From positions 65,751,702 to 65,815,701 of the forward strand of contig NC_057719.1 in NCBI RefSeq assembly GCF_004010195.1: DNA of 64,000 bases. The letters run 5' to 3'. Below are positions 1 to 13,849 of the stretch, one piece after another. Numbering within the stretch: position 1 is the stretch's first letter; the number at the start of each line of letters is the position of its first letter. Source of the stretch: Chiloscyllium plagiosum (Eukaryota). The position numbers and the translations under genes are program-made. Below the pieces are notes generated by a model. That model had not been told where the DNA came from and did not search any database. It saw only the letters and a list, made by a program, of their open reading frames with translations.

Positions 1-291
1 CAAGTTAGGAAGTCATGTTGAGGTTGAACAGGGCATTTATGAGGCCTCTTCTGGAGTGCTGTGTCCAGTTCTGATCACCGTTTTATGGAAAGGATGTAAT
101 CAAGCTGGAGCTTTCTGGTCGAGGAAGTCTTAGTCCTCCCTTTTGTTGATTATAACTTCTTTCGAACTTCAGTTGCAACTGGTGATCACTGCCACACTTC
201 TGACCTGCCACAGCTGAACCACACTGCCGTTTATACAAACCCTCCCCCAACTCCACAACTCCTCTGTCAAGGCCTGATCTGTACCTTATAT

Positions 292-1365
292 AGAGTTAAA
301 ATGTCATACAGCACGGAAACAGAGCTTTTGGTCCAACCAGTCCATGCCTACCATAATCCTAAACTAAACTAGTCCCACCTGCCTGCTCTTGGCCCATATC
401 CCTCCAAATCTTTCTCATCGTGTACTTATCCAAATGCATTTTAAATGTTGTAACAGTATCTACAACATCACTTCCTCTGGAAGTTCTTTTCCCACACAAA
501 CCACTCTCTGTGTACAAACGTTGCCCCTCATGTACTTTTAAAATCTTTCTCCTCTCACCTTAAAAATATGCCCCCTAGTCTTGAAACCTCCCCCCGCCCA
601 CCACAGAGAAAAGCCATTTACCTTATCTATACACCTCATGACCTTAAATATCTCTACAAGGTCACCCCGCAACCTCCTACCCTCCAGTGAAAAATGCCCC
701 AGCCTATCCAGACTATCCTTATAACTCAAACCCTCCAGTCCTAGTAACATTTTGGTAAATCTTTTCTGAACCATGTCCACCTTGATAATATCCTTCCTAT
801 AAAAGGATGACCAGAACTGGGCACAGTATTCCAGAAGAGGCCTCACCAATGTCCTCCACAATCTCAACATGATTTCCTAACTCTCATACTCAAAGGTCTG
901 AGCAACAAAGGCAAGTGTGCTAAATGCCTTCTTAACCACCTTGTCCATATGTGATTCAAATGTCAAAGAATTATGTACCTGAACCCTTAGGTCTCTCTGT
1001 TCTACAGCACTACCCAAGGCACTACTTTTAATTATCTAGGTCCTGGCCTTGTTTGTTTTACTAAAATGCAGCACCTTGCATTTATCCAGATTAAACTCTA
1101 TCTGCCACTCCTCAGCCGAATTGATCAAGATCTCATTGTAATTTTAGATAACCTTCTTCATTGTTCACTATACCACCAATTTTAGTGTCATCTACAAGCT
1201 TACTAACCATACCTCCTAAATTCTCATCCAAATTATTTGTATAAATGACTGACAAAAACGTATCTACCATCACTCTGTATCTGGCCTCCAGCATGAAAAC
1301 CAACCTTCACCATCACTCTGTGTATCCTACTGTTAAGCCAATTTTGTAACCAGTTGGCAAACTGG
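292..1365 (-). mobile_element. CR1/HER1-type LINE, 5'-truncated, RT C-terminal part plus 3' UTR
   Basis: ORF 538-870 'LVRPLLEYCAQFWS...RRLRGDL' is the CR1 ORF2 C-terminus; the 3' tail lies near 292-310. Confidence 0.9.
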
Positions 1366-2064
1366 GCCCTGAGCAGAGGGTCCAGACCTAACAGCCTTCT
1401 GCATTTGGTTTTTTTTAATCCAAATGGCAGCCAGCCAGACTTATCCATTTGACTGGCTGCTGATCGGGAAAAGAATTGCAAGGAATAAACAGATCCTGCC
1501 ATTAAATTCAACGGATCTACTGCATCCCCATCTTCGTCAATACTTTTGATCTCTTTCAGTCTCCCCATTCCCTCACACCTTGCCATATATATTTGGGTTA
1601 CCATGGTAGTGAATTAGTGGTAAATCTGTGGACCAGCCCTCCTAGGGAGACAATGCAAGCAGAGATTCTGGAGTCATTCAAATGCAGAATATATACCTCT
1701 CTTTGAGAAAATAATGTTATAGGATACAACATAAGAGTAAGCTGAGACATTGTTTGTGGTGAATAAAGGCCTTGCAAGGCATTGGTGTCTTTGGCCTATG
1801 GCTCCCTAGAAATTCCACTACTATTAGAATTTTCCTAAGCCAATTTCTGGATCAAATTGCAGAGTAATTTAAAGAGACTGATATAATTGTTGTGTCATAT
1901 GACTGCAGGGATGGTAGTGAGTGAGCTAAGTGGTCCTCAGTTTTTTATTACCCAACCATTTTCAAAGTGTGGCAACAGGAGAAATTACAGCCATCATAGA
2001 ATTTAACATTATTCTCGGATCAATGCATTGTGCATTTGGTCCACTTAAAGCTACCATATAAAGT

Positions 2065-2965
2065 ACGGAACATAGAACTGTATAACACAGGAACGGGGCC
2101 TTCAGCCCACGATCTTATGCCGAACATGATGCCAAATTAAATTAATCCTTTCTATCTGTCCTTGGTCTATATCCCTCCATTCCTTGCATATCCATGTGCT
2201 TATCTTAAAGTTTCTTAAATGCCCCTATTGTATCTGCCTCCACCACCACCACTGGCAGGGGTTCACGGATTCCTCCTGCTCTCTGTGTAAAATGTTTGCC
2301 CCTCACATCTCCTTGAACTTCACCCCTCACCTTACATACATGCCCCTGGTTTTAGGCATTTCAACTGGGGAAGAAAGATTGTGACCATCAACCCTGTATT
2401 TGGACCTTATAATTTTATAGACTTCTATCGAGTCTCCCCTCAGCCTCCACTGCTCCAGAGAAAACAACCCAAGTTTTTCTCGCTTCTCATTATAGCTCAT
2501 AAGCTCTAAAGCAGGCAGCATACTGGTAAACCTCTTTTGCATTCTCTCCAAAGCCTCCGCATCCTACCAGAATTGAACGCAGTACTCTAAATGTGGCCTA
2601 ACCAAAGTTTGATATAGCTGCAACATGACATCTTGACTCTTGTACTCAATTCCCCAACCAATTAAGGCAAGCATGCCATTCACCTTCTTTATCACTCTGT
2701 CTATTTGTGTAGCCACTTTCAGGGAGCTATGGACTTGAACCCCAAATGTTATCCAGGGTCCTGCCATCAACTGTATACTTTTCCGTAACATTTGTTCTCC
2801 CAAAGTACAACACCTCGCACCTACTCAGATTCAGCTCCATCTGCCATTTCTCGAACCATAACTGCGATTGATTTATATCGCACTGTATCCTTTTGACAAC
2901 CTTCCGCACTATCCACAACTTCTCCTATCTTTGTATCGTGTGCAAACATACTAACCCAATATACC
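2065..2965 (-). mobile_element. CR1-type LINE 3' fragment
   Basis: ORFs with 'KWQMELN..CEVLYFG', 'LVRPHLEYCVQFW' and 'RLRGD'; catagaac-type tail. Confidence 0.9.
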
Positions 2966-3066
2966 TAAATATAACTGAATATAAACAGAAGAAGTCTGGA
3001 AGGAGTTTAAGGATAACATTGCTTTAACAACATTTTGTAATAGTTTTCTTTTTTACTGAAACTTAC

Positions 3067-3147
3067 ACTTCTTTCCAAGAAATTCACATCGCTATATATC
3101 AAGCCTGGATTCTCTGCCAAAATGTTCTGTTCCTGCAGCAGCCCCAT
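3067..3147 (-). CDS. Candidate first coding exon (MGLLQEQNILAENPGLIYSDVNFLERS) of an ITIM-bearing receptor, possibly a type II C-type-lectin-like protein
   Basis: ATG at 3147 follows an in-frame TAA; 27 open codons end at AGT|GTAAGT (3066-3061); upstream acceptor ctttcctttccag at 3376; LIYSDV fits the ITIM consensus. Confidence 0.4.
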
Positions 3148-3779
3148 GGATTATGTTTTTGAGCCAATCTCCTGTTCCATTAAGAATTCAACTCCATCTA
3201 TCTTCTTTCGAGATACGTGTTTGGATCCAATGAACCAGCAGGATGTGAAAGTGCCTCAATCTGGCTCTCAATTCCCTGCCCATTAAATTGCTATTTATTC
3301 AGATTTGTCTTTCAGGGATTGAGAGTGTGTTCACGTCCAGCTCAGTCCTGAGTTGAGTTAAAACGCAGCTTTTGCCTGGAAAGGAAAGCCAAATGGGGGA
3401 AAATGTCATAAGGAGAGTCAGAAATCCCACCACAGCAGCCCTAAAGCTTCAGAGATTTGAAACTGACTTGAATTTTTAATAAACTTATTTTGAAAAGTCT
3501 GCAGATATTTCTAAATATCAGAAGCATACTTTTTCCCAGGCATGTGGGAGACTGAACATTTTCAGGCCAACCTTCCTGCAAGCAGCAAGAAACCAACTAA
3601 ACCTGGTAAGAAACTAAACCTGGATTTTCCCTGTGAAGCCCCTGTTTCTTAAGATGGAGTTGTCTCACATTGTGTCCCTGTCCTGACACTGAGAAGGACA
3701 GAACCCCATAGGAAGAATTGAGTGCATCAATGAGACAGACAAGCTGAGAAGGATTTGATGAATTGAACTGAACAGTCAC

Positions 3780-4360
3780 AGAGAGGGGAGACAGTGGTAC
3801 AGGAGGGGGAGGGGAGATATGGAGATAGAATAGAGAGGAAGGAGGACAAAGAAAAGAGAGAGAGAGGAAGGTCAGAAACTTAGAGGAGGAGTGAGGGAGA
3901 GGAGGGGAGGACAGAGACAGTGGAAAGAGAACAGGGAGAGGGAGAGAAGAAAGAGGAATAAAAGGGNNNNNNNNNNNNNNNNNNNNNNNNNNNNNNNNNN
4001 NNNNNNNNNNNNNNNNNNNNNNNNNNNNNNNNNNNNNNNNNNNNNNNNNNNNNNNNNNNNNNNNNNNNNNNNNNNNNNNNNNNNNNNNNNNNNNNNNNNN
4101 NNNNNNNNNNNNNNNNNNNNNNNNGCAGGGTGGAGATTGCAAGGAGCAGTAAGAACAGAGGGAGACAGGGAGGGGATAGATGAGAGAGAGGGAGTGGGAC
4201 AATGGAGACACACACTGTGAGAGATGGGGAAGAATGATGGGAGAGATTAAGAGAAGAGAGGAGAGGGAAGAGACAAAGGGAAGAGAAGGTAGGAAGAGGG
4301 AAGAGAGGATCGAATAAGAGAGGAGAGATGGTGGAAGAGAGGAGAGAGAGAGAAGGGAAA
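3780..4360 (+). repeat. GA-rich polypurine low-complexity tract spanning an N gap (3967-4124)
   Basis: Almost exclusively G/A on the + strand. Confidence 0.9.
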
Positions 4361-5734
4361 CAGTCTGAGAGCTGTGCTTCCCTCAGTGAGTGTTCTTGCT
4401 GCTTGGCAGGTGAGTATCAAAGACATGGGAAGGTTCTCCCCCTGTACAAAGTTTCATCCCACTGCCCCAGTTGTCAGAGTGGCATGAGGGAGCCTAATGG
4501 AACACCACCATTTGCCAAGCTGAGCTCTATACTGTGGGCTTTCTGATACCACAAGCAACACTAACACCAGCACAAACTGCCTTCTGTCCAGCTGCATGAC
4601 CATCTATAAGACAGGGGAAACGGCCACTGAGATATAAGGCACATGTAGGCCAGATCTACAAGAGGGCATAAAAGCTATATTGGGCTAGCTATCCTCAGGT
4701 GTGTAATCACCCAAGACTCAGGAGGGTCAGTCTCCATTGGCAGCTTGATATCTTCATGGTGTCAGCTTGCCGTCCCAGAGGAGGAGGTTGCCATGCACTT
4801 CCAGGGCCTGATAATATGTTTATCATTAGGGACCCATTTCCAATGCCAGTTATGTAGGTTTTCAGTGAGGAGTGAGAGGGAATATAGTAAGAGTGAGCAC
4901 AAGTATCAGCTACTTGAATGTTGAAGTGAAGTACCTGAACAGAGGAATGAGCAGAGCTGCAATATATGCTGTCCTTTTATGGGTTCTGTGGTCCCATCTT
5001 TAACCACAGCCATCCCTGCCTGTCTGGGTGAAGAATCTGTCATCATCCTTCCATTCATAGGAGAGCCCACCTCACAGCAGCCATGTGGATGTGGGGCAGA
5101 CATCCATGTAAGAGTGAGGCCCTTCACAGTTCACCTCACTGTTCCTGTGATTGCTGCAGTCTGACAAAACCCCAGAACTGGTGAGCTTCTCTGCAACGTG
5201 CCATTGTTTCTGTGATTGCAAGACCTGACAAAATAGTCACAATATTGCTCCTGTCCTTTTTAATATTTCAAGAGCTCCAGTGGTGAGTAAAGTGGTATCC
5301 AAGAGTAGGACTGGTCTGAGGATTTTGGCATCCAAAGACTCTGTCTCCTCCAAACCCCTCCAACATCCGCTGTAGAGAAAAACTAGAAGTGTAGATTGAA
5401 ATTTTACTTTCAGCTACTAGGGATTCAAAATGGTGTACTTGGCTGACTTTGACCGGAGAATAACTACCCCTCAAAAAGACTCAGCCTAAAAATGATCCCA
5501 ATGTCTACAGTGAAGTGGGAGTGGCTACATTCAGTCCATGCTTCCAATATTCTGCTTTGGTCACAGAAAATGTTCAGTTAGATTTCCTCACATCAGGCAG
5601 TGATTCATATCAGCAGTTAAAATACACCTAGTTCTAGTTGTCATGTCTCAATCAACAGCATTAAAATAAGTGACTCAGTCCATGTCCTCGTTGCTGCATA
5701 TGCAGCCTTGCTCTGTATAAACTATTTATTGGAT

Positions 5735-6020
5735 TTAGATTAAATTACTTACAGTGTGGAAACAGGCCCTTCGGCCCAACAAGTCCACACAGACCCATTC
5801 CCCTACACCCAACACTACGGGCAATTTAGCATGGCCAATTCACCTAACCTGCACATTTTTTTTTGGACTGTGGGAGGAAACCAGAGCACCCGGAGGAAAC
5901 CCACACAGACATGGGGAGAATGTGCAAACTCCACACAGAGAGTCGCCTGAGGCGGGAATTGAACCCAGGTCTCAGGCACTGTGAGGCAGCAGTGCTAACC
6001 ACTGTGCCACCATGCCGCCC
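5735..6020 (-). mobile_element. HE1-like tRNA-derived SINE
   Basis: Minus strand starts GGGCGGCATGGTGGCACAGTGG (A box) and contains GGTTCAATTCC (B box); CR1-like 3' end gggccgaagggcctgtttccac and tail. Confidence 0.9.
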
Positions 6021-7778
6021 ATGGATTTGTCTCCATGACAACTGTGCTACATTAGTTATGGAGCATGGGGAAGCTTCTGGGATCACGAGGGGTACGAATC
6101 AAAGAAAAACACTTTCTTCATTACATCTACACAAATAGCCCTCAGAACCAGCAATGGGCATGTTTCTTCTGTGATGGAGAGAAAAGGTACACAGCTGTAT
6201 TTTGAGTTCCATGAGGAGTGCTGTCCAGGATCGGCCTACCAAGTTAGCCCCCACCCTTTAATTTAGACATGTTTCCTCCAGGTGCTAGTGTTATGTCTAT
6301 GAGAGGATGTAAACAGCGGCATAATGCCAATAATAATATACAGTAATTCTGGACTATTGTTATGAATGTCATGTTGGTTTAATCTGCAATCTGAACTGCA
6401 CCTTACAAAATAAAAGGTTCAAATAGTTTGTGCTTCGAAGACTGCATTGATAATGGTCTCATTCTAAAACCATACTTTACTTACATATTATGATTGACAC
6501 ACCAGAGTTTTTTTTGTTAACTGATGCTAAATCAGTGGAAAAAATATCTAATCTCAGTCTTATACCAGACATTCACAGGCAGCATGGCCACTCCTACATA
6601 CATGAGCTATGCACGGAACAGAGCCAATTCTGCACTAATGCAAGTTGTTCAAGGAATTCTTCTAGATTGGGTATAAGATAAAAAAACTTAGGAATGTGAG
6701 AACATTTTCCGAGCTACAGCTAAAGAAACAGAGCACTCTCACCCACATAACATATCCCTCATCGATATACACAACATCCTGTTATCCACAGGCTCCATTC
6801 CCATACCAATCTCAATTTTGGCATACTATTGCCTGAGGACACAGTTCATAATTTCCTACAAATATTGAAACAAACGCATGGCCACTTTGCAAAGTAATGA
6901 AAGCCAATCTATCTACCCACAATCTACCTACTTTTCTCCCTCCCAAGAAGCTCCACATTTGGCTATTCTATTTTGGTTGCATCTGGATGATGTACATTAT
7001 TCTATTTACGTGTTCACATTAACCTTTTATACTAGCCAGTTTTGAATCCCTGCTGCATGTACAATTTGCCCGAGGAAATGAAATTGCAGATGTAAGAACT
7101 CACATTTGTTGTTGAGGGGAGGTCTTGCCTACTCTAAACATAATAGGGCAGTCCTTAGTCTGTTGCACTGAATCCTATTGATAAGGGTGTCAACTATGAG
7201 GCCAACTAGTCTTGCTAATCTTCCAGGATACCTTTCATCATCCACAGAAATGGGACAGATGCAGTATCAAAACACAGTCAGTTAAATGAGTATCTCCAAA
7301 CGTTTTTTAAAAAGCTATAAGTAAGGATTCCACATGAGCCATTTAGCTCCAGACCTTAGTAACATTTTTATCCAAACTTGGACAAAGGAGCCGAATCCTA
7401 TGACTGAGAGTGGCATCAAGGAACATGAATATAATTGAAGTCAATGGGAATCAGGTGGAAACTTCTCCCCTGACTACACTAGGACAGAAAAAGAGTGGTA
7501 CAGTGCTGATGTTTTCTGAACCAGGAGACCTAGGTTCAAATCCCAACTGCGTCACTGGTGTATAATAACAAGTGTGAGCGGTTTTAAAGGAAATGAGAGT
7601 TCTTCGGTAGTGCCCCTACTCCTGGGCCATGAGGACAGAGTTCACATCTCACCTACTCCTGACATGTGTCATGACAGGTTGACTCAAACTACCTAGCACA
7701 AGCGATAGAGTTGTCATTGTTAGAATCCAATTATCTCAGTCCTGCATCATCACTGCAGGAGTTCTTTGGGGTAGTATT

Positions 7779-8236
7779 TGTTGTATATGGATCTGAAAGG
7801 GTTAATACTGATGAATACCATAAGTACCGTTGATTACAATAATATCATATGGGCTTGTACAAGAACAGCTTAGAATCTTGAAGGAGCGAGACGTAATATC
7901 TGATCCTGTAGAACAAAATAGCCTCTGTAACCATGTCTCTCATAAAAATATAACCTGCACCCAGTTGCTAACATGCAATAAGCTGTACCTTGTTAATGTT
8001 AGACAAGACAGTGTTTCTCCTTGATCACACAGGCCCCGTGGCTTGGAATAAAAGTAGAAACTGCTGGAGAAGCTCAACAGGCAACATCTATGCAGAGAGA
8101 AACAGCGAGGTTTTGAGTTCAATACGACTCTTCTTCCGAACCCTGTAGTTTCTCCCAGTTAAAAAGGATAGTGACAGCAATCTTTATCATGATCTGTAGC
8201 TCATACAGCATAGTGAGTTGGCATTGCCAGCAACTC
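7779..8236 (+). mobile_element. Probable solo LTR, with an internal PLE pLTR fragment (~8045-8145), inserted into an older LINE
   Basis: Starts TGTTGT; interrupts the LINE motif ggtagt-tcctag; flanks tatt/tatc resemble a 4-bp TSD with one mismatch; the 3' end is degenerate. Confidence 0.45.
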
Positions 8237-8549
8237 TATCCTAGCCTCAACCGCCTCCAACTGTTTCATTAATGATTTTGCTTCCATCAAAAAAAAACAG
8301 AAGTGGGAATATTTGCTAATAACAACAAGAGCAGGTCAGAGGATTATTCATTCTTGGCAGTAACTCAGCTCCTGACACTCAGAAGTGTATCCCCCATTTA
8401 TAAGGCACAAGTCATGAGGGTGATGTACAAGACTCCACTTACCTAGTCACACACCATCTTCACTTGGAAATACATCGCTGCTACTTCATCGTAACGGGAT
8501 AAAAATTCTAAAACCTTCTCCCAAATATCACTGTGTACCTATATCCCAG

Positions 8550-10520
8550 TTTTTTTTTACATTATTCATGAGATGTGGGCTTTGCTGGCTAGGTCAGCAG
8601 TTATTACCCATCCTTAATTGCCCTTGAGAAGGTAGTGGTGAGCTGCCTTCTTGAATAGTTGCAGTTTTGGGAGGAGGGAAACCCATAATATTATTAGGAA
8701 GGGAGTTCCAGGATTTTAACCAAGTAATGATAAAAGCATTGTGCTTCATTTACAAATGAGGATGTTGTGTGACTTGGAAGGGTACTTGAAATTGATATAT
8801 CCACATACCCTTGTTCTTCTAGGTGGTAGTAGTCATGGGAGGTTTGGCAGGTATTGTCAAAGGATCCTTGATGATTTGTTGGATAGATGGTGCTTTTTGC
8901 CATCACTGAGCATCAGTGAGGGTAGGAATGAATGTTGAAGGTGGTGGTGGGTGTCCCTTCAGATGGGGGGGGGGATGTCATTGTCAAAGCATCTACAGAT
9001 GGTTGATCCTGAGGAAGTCTTGCAGAGATGTCCAGTGTCTGAGATGATTGATCCTCAATAAACACAACCATCTTCCTTTATGCAATGTATGACTCCAACC
9101 AGAGAGTTTTCCCTCAATTCACATTGACTCCAGTTTTGTTATTGCTCCTTGCTGGCACACTCTGTCAAATGTGGGCTTACATTTCAAAGGCAGTCACCAC
9201 CATTCCTCTCTTGAGTTCAGCTCTTTCATCCATGTTTGGACCAAAGTTGAAATGAGGGCAGCAGATGAGTGAGCCTGGAGAAACCCAAATATCAGTGAGC
9301 AGGTTATTGCTGAGAAGGTAGCACTGGCAACAGTACTTTTCATGACCTTACTAAGGAGACTGAAACTAGACTGGTTAGATGGCATTTGCTGGGGATGGAT
9401 TTCTCCTTCTTATTATGGACCGGGCATACCTGGACGATTTTCCACATTGCCTGATACATACCAATGTTGTACCCATATTGGAACAGCTTGCTGAGGGCAT
9501 GGCTAGTTCTGGAGCACAGGTCTTCAGTACTATTGCCAGAACATCATGAGGGGCCTATAGCCTTTACAGTATCCCGTATCTGCAGCTGTGTCTTGATAGG
9601 ACCTGAAGTGAATTGAATTGGCTAAGGCCAGGCATCTGTGTATTCTAGTTGAAATGCTTTCAATACTTCAAGCTTGTCTTTGGCACTGATATGCTATAGT
9701 CCTCCGTCATTGATAAAGGAATATCTATGGAACCTCATCCTCCAATGAGTTGTTTCATTGCCTACATCCTTTCACGATTGGATATGGTAGGACTGTCTCT
9801 GATTATTTGCTTGTGGCATCAAAGAGTATGCTGGCTACACCGTTTGATACACAAGTAGTTCTCTGTTGTAATTTCAGCAGGTTGGGGCTTTTTTTTAAGA
9901 CAGCCCTGCTCTTGGCCTGTCTGTGCTCCATTGATTGAGTGATCTTCTGGTTTGGTGATAATGGTAAAGTGAACGATATACAAAAAACTCTGCTATTGCT
10001 GATGGCCCAAACCACCTTATGGAAACATAGCCTTGAACTGCTAGATCTGATTGAAATCTATTCCATTTGGCATGGTAATCATGCCACAAAGCACAATGGA
10101 GAGAATTTTCAATGTGAAGGAGAGATTTCATCTCCGCAAGGACTGTGTGGTCACTCCTATCAATACTGACATGGACAGATTCATCAGCAGCTGCTCGATT
10201 GGTGAGGTTGAGGTAGGTGCATTTTCCTTCATGTTGTTTATCTCACCTCCTGCCATAGGCCCAATCTAGAAGCTATGTAGTTTAGGAGTCAGCTAACTCA
10301 GTTAGCAGTGGTGCTACCAAGCCACTCTGGTGTTAGCAAGTTAAAGGCAGTTGCATCCAGAACATATCCTGTGCCACGCTGTTTTCAATGCTTTCTCGAA
10401 ATGGTGATCAATATGGAAGAGGAAAAACAGAAAACAGTAGGTGCTAATCAGTAGAAGGTTTCCTTTCCCATATTTGACTTGATACCATGAGACCTCATAG
10501 TGTCCAGTTCCTTAGTCAAT
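8550..10520 (-). mobile_element. Old, decayed CR1/L2-class LINE
   Basis: Relic RT peptides ('FGF.Q.HS', 'LVQTWMKELNSREE'); 3' end shared with SINEs at 17.8, 36.9 and 51.1 kb. Confidence 0.7.
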
Positions 10521-11399
10521 GCATGTGGTCTGTCTGATTTTATTCCTTTTGTCAGATGTATTCACAATGGAGCAAAGTACTAGACCATTTCAGAAGGCTT
10601 TTATGAGTTAACTAATTGTTATTACTCTAGAGTCACATGCCAGCCAAATAAGTTGATGGGCAACTTATCCTGACCTTGACAACAACGCCCACATTTTATC
10701 ACGGAATAAAAGGAAATGCCCAAAGGCAATGTAATTGGTTAAAAATAGTTTCTATTCCATTAACATAGAGGTAGTCTACAACTGTAGAAAGCTGAAAATT
10801 CTTTTGAGGTTTTGTTACTTCCTGCAATTTGTTTATCCTCACGCAATCTCTGCTTGAAAGTCAAGCAAACCCCAACGATTTTTTCTCTCAGTGATGAGGA
10901 TATACTAAAGCTATGGCTCAAGGCACCTACATGTGAACTAATTACATAGTCTGAAGAGCTGCCCCCTTCAGATAATTCGAGATTATAGCCAATAAACGTT
11001 GTTAAGTTTTTGCTGCAGTGTCATTCCCAAATTTGACCTGCAAAGGAGTGTACAGGTGAAACAGTCTCAAAGAAGAAAGTTTTATACAAGTTGAAGCAAA
11101 AGAGATGATCAATTCAGAAAGGGAGAAATTGCCAAAGGGAACTGCACAGACATGCTGTCAACAGACAGGATCTAGTTTCCCATACATTTACCTAATAGGC
11201 CTTTCCTGCCAAAATGTCATGATCTTCTCCACATGTATCCATCCATCATGCCAAATAATTTGTTTCCTCCATTAAACATGAATGCACATAAGCATTCAAG
11301 AATGTAACCTTATTTCTTTTCAACAGGTTCAATTCTGTTGGTGGAATACCAGCACATTCCAGTTGTCAACCAGGGCCACTTCTTTGTTCCTTGCAACGA

Positions 11400-13845
11400 T
11401 GGTACATGTGAAACAGGAGCAAAAGCAGATCAAACAGCCCTTCCAGCCTTCTCTGGCAACCAACAAATTATAGCTGATCTGTTTATGTTCCAAACTCCAC
11501 ATTGCTAGCCATTCCTGATAACCTATGTTTCACTTGCCTAATAAGAATCTATCTATCTATATCTTAAAAATGTTTAATGACCCAGCCACCACTGACTTCT
11601 GAGTCAGAGAGTTCCAAAGGGGTACAAATGTTGGAGAGTAAAAACTTCTCCTCATCTCTGTCCTAAAAGGGTAAACCTTAATTTTAAAACAGTTCCTTCT
11701 GAACTCAGTCAGAAGAGGAAACATCCTTTCCTTATCCTTCTTGTCAAGACCATTCTGGGTCTTATGTACTTAAATCAAGTCACTCTTCACTCTTCTAAAT
11801 TTCAGTGGAAAGAAGTTCCATTGGTCCAACCTATCTTCATAAGTCAATCCACTCATTCAGGATATCAACCTAGTAAACATCCTCTGAACCACCTCCAATG
11901 CATTTACATTCTTCGCTAAACAGGGAGAACAAAACTGCACAAAATATTCGAGATGGCATCTCACCAAAGCCCTGTCTAATTGCATTATAACTGGGTTATT
12001 CAATTCAATCAATGAAACTATCCCATTAGCTTTCTTGATTACATACTGTATCTGCATCCTAATGTTTTGAGATCCAGTCATTAAAACATCAAAATCTTTC
12101 TGCAACCATGAGTCATTTTCCATTGAAGTAACATGTTCTTTTTCATTCTTCCTATCCCACCGCCAGCATCCCTCCTGACGCCTTTCCATAAGACCGTTAG
12201 ACAGAAGAGCAGGAGTCAGCCATTCAATCCATTGAGACTGCTCTGCCGGTCAGTGAGATCATGTCGGATTTGATAATCCTCAACACTATTTTTCCAGTCG
12301 ATTCCACCTAACCCTTGATTCCCCTCCTGATTAAAAATCTGTATATCTTGGCCTTGAATATATTTCAGGACAGGACTGCCCTCTGCGGTAAAGAATTTGG
12401 CCGATTCACAACCCTCTAAGAAATTGAAATTCCACTTCATCTCCATCTTAAATATGCAACCTATTATACTGTGATTATACAGAATAGTTTTAGATTATTC
12501 CACAACCTTGCAGCATCTACCCTCTTAAATCCTCTGAGCATCTTGTATGGTAAAATACAGTTATCTCTCATTCTTCTGTATTCGAATGAGTACAGACCTA
12601 ATCTACTCAACTCTCCTCATAAGACAGTTTCTTCATACCTGGTGTCAGCCTACTGATCCTTGTCTAGACTGTTTTTAAATGCTGGTGCACCTTTCGGGGT
12701 CAAAGTCATTCACGGTATTCCAGCTGTGGCATAAATAGTGTCTTGTATAGTTTTAGTTCAATCTCCCTACTTTAATATTCCATTCCCTTTGAAATAAAGG
12801 CCAACCTTTCACTTGTCTTCCCTCAAAAATATGTTGCTACCTACCTTAATATTATTTGTGATTTTAGCTAATATGCTTTCATTCCCTTCATCTAAGTCAT
12901 CTCAGTCCTGGCACAGATTCCTGCAGGACTCTACTCACTATCTTCTGCCAGTCAGACAAAGATCCATTTATATGTGCTCTCTGCTTACTGTCTGCCCATA
13001 TTTTATCAAGTGATAAGTTGTCCATGAGCTTTTAATTTCCGCAATGGCCTTGGATATGGCACCTAATCAAATGCCTTCTGGAAATCAAGTACAGTACATT
13101 TACAGGCTTCCCTTTACCATAGGTCATGCTACTCCAAAGAACCCCAAAACATTAGTCACATGATTACACTTTGACAAACCTATTCTGTCACTTCCCAATT
13201 ACCTTTTAGCTTTTCCAAGTTAGCAGCTATGAACTCCATGACAGACATTAATCTAACTGGTTTTAGTTTTATATTTTTGCCTTACCTGCCTTCTTGAATA
13301 GAAGAGTTATATTTGCTACTTTGCAGTCTGACGGAACCTTTTGTGAATTTAAGGAATTTTGGAAAATTAACACCAATACTAGCTCATTAGCCACCTCTTT
13401 TGAGATGCTCGGATAAAAACTTGTCAGCCCACTACTCCAACAGTTTGCTTAGCACTGTTTCCCTCATGATTATTATTTCATTAAATTCCTCTCTCTCTTA
13501 CACCTTCTAAATGATCACTATTACTGGAATGTTTTACATCCTCTGTAGTGAAGACAGCAGTAAAATGTTATTCATTTCATCTGCCATTTCATTACTAGCT
13601 ATTAGTAACTCCCCCATTCTCACTCTCTCAAAGACCAAAACTCAATTTACTTCTTTTGCTTTTTAAAAACCTGTGAAAACTCTTATTATCTGTTTTTTCA
13701 TTTCTAGCTAATTTTGTCTCATCTCTGATTTCTTGTTTCTCGTTAACCTTTTAGTCATTCTCTGCTGTTCTGTACATTCGAACCAATCATCTAACCTACT
13801 TATCTTTGTAGTTATATTCTTTTATCCTTAAGTTGGATGCTTTAG
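11400..13845 (-). mobile_element. Stacked decayed CR1 LINE fragments
   Basis: 'ALVRCHLEYFVQFCSP..VQRMFTRLI'; a second 3' UTR/tail begins near 12190. Confidence 0.75.
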
Positions 13846-13849
13846 CATA

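Noticed and set aside
5940..6020. tRNA genes at SINE heads (also 21885, 31935, 63670)
   Set aside because: A/B boxes are present but continue into the SINE core and LINE-like tail, with no complete cloverleaf
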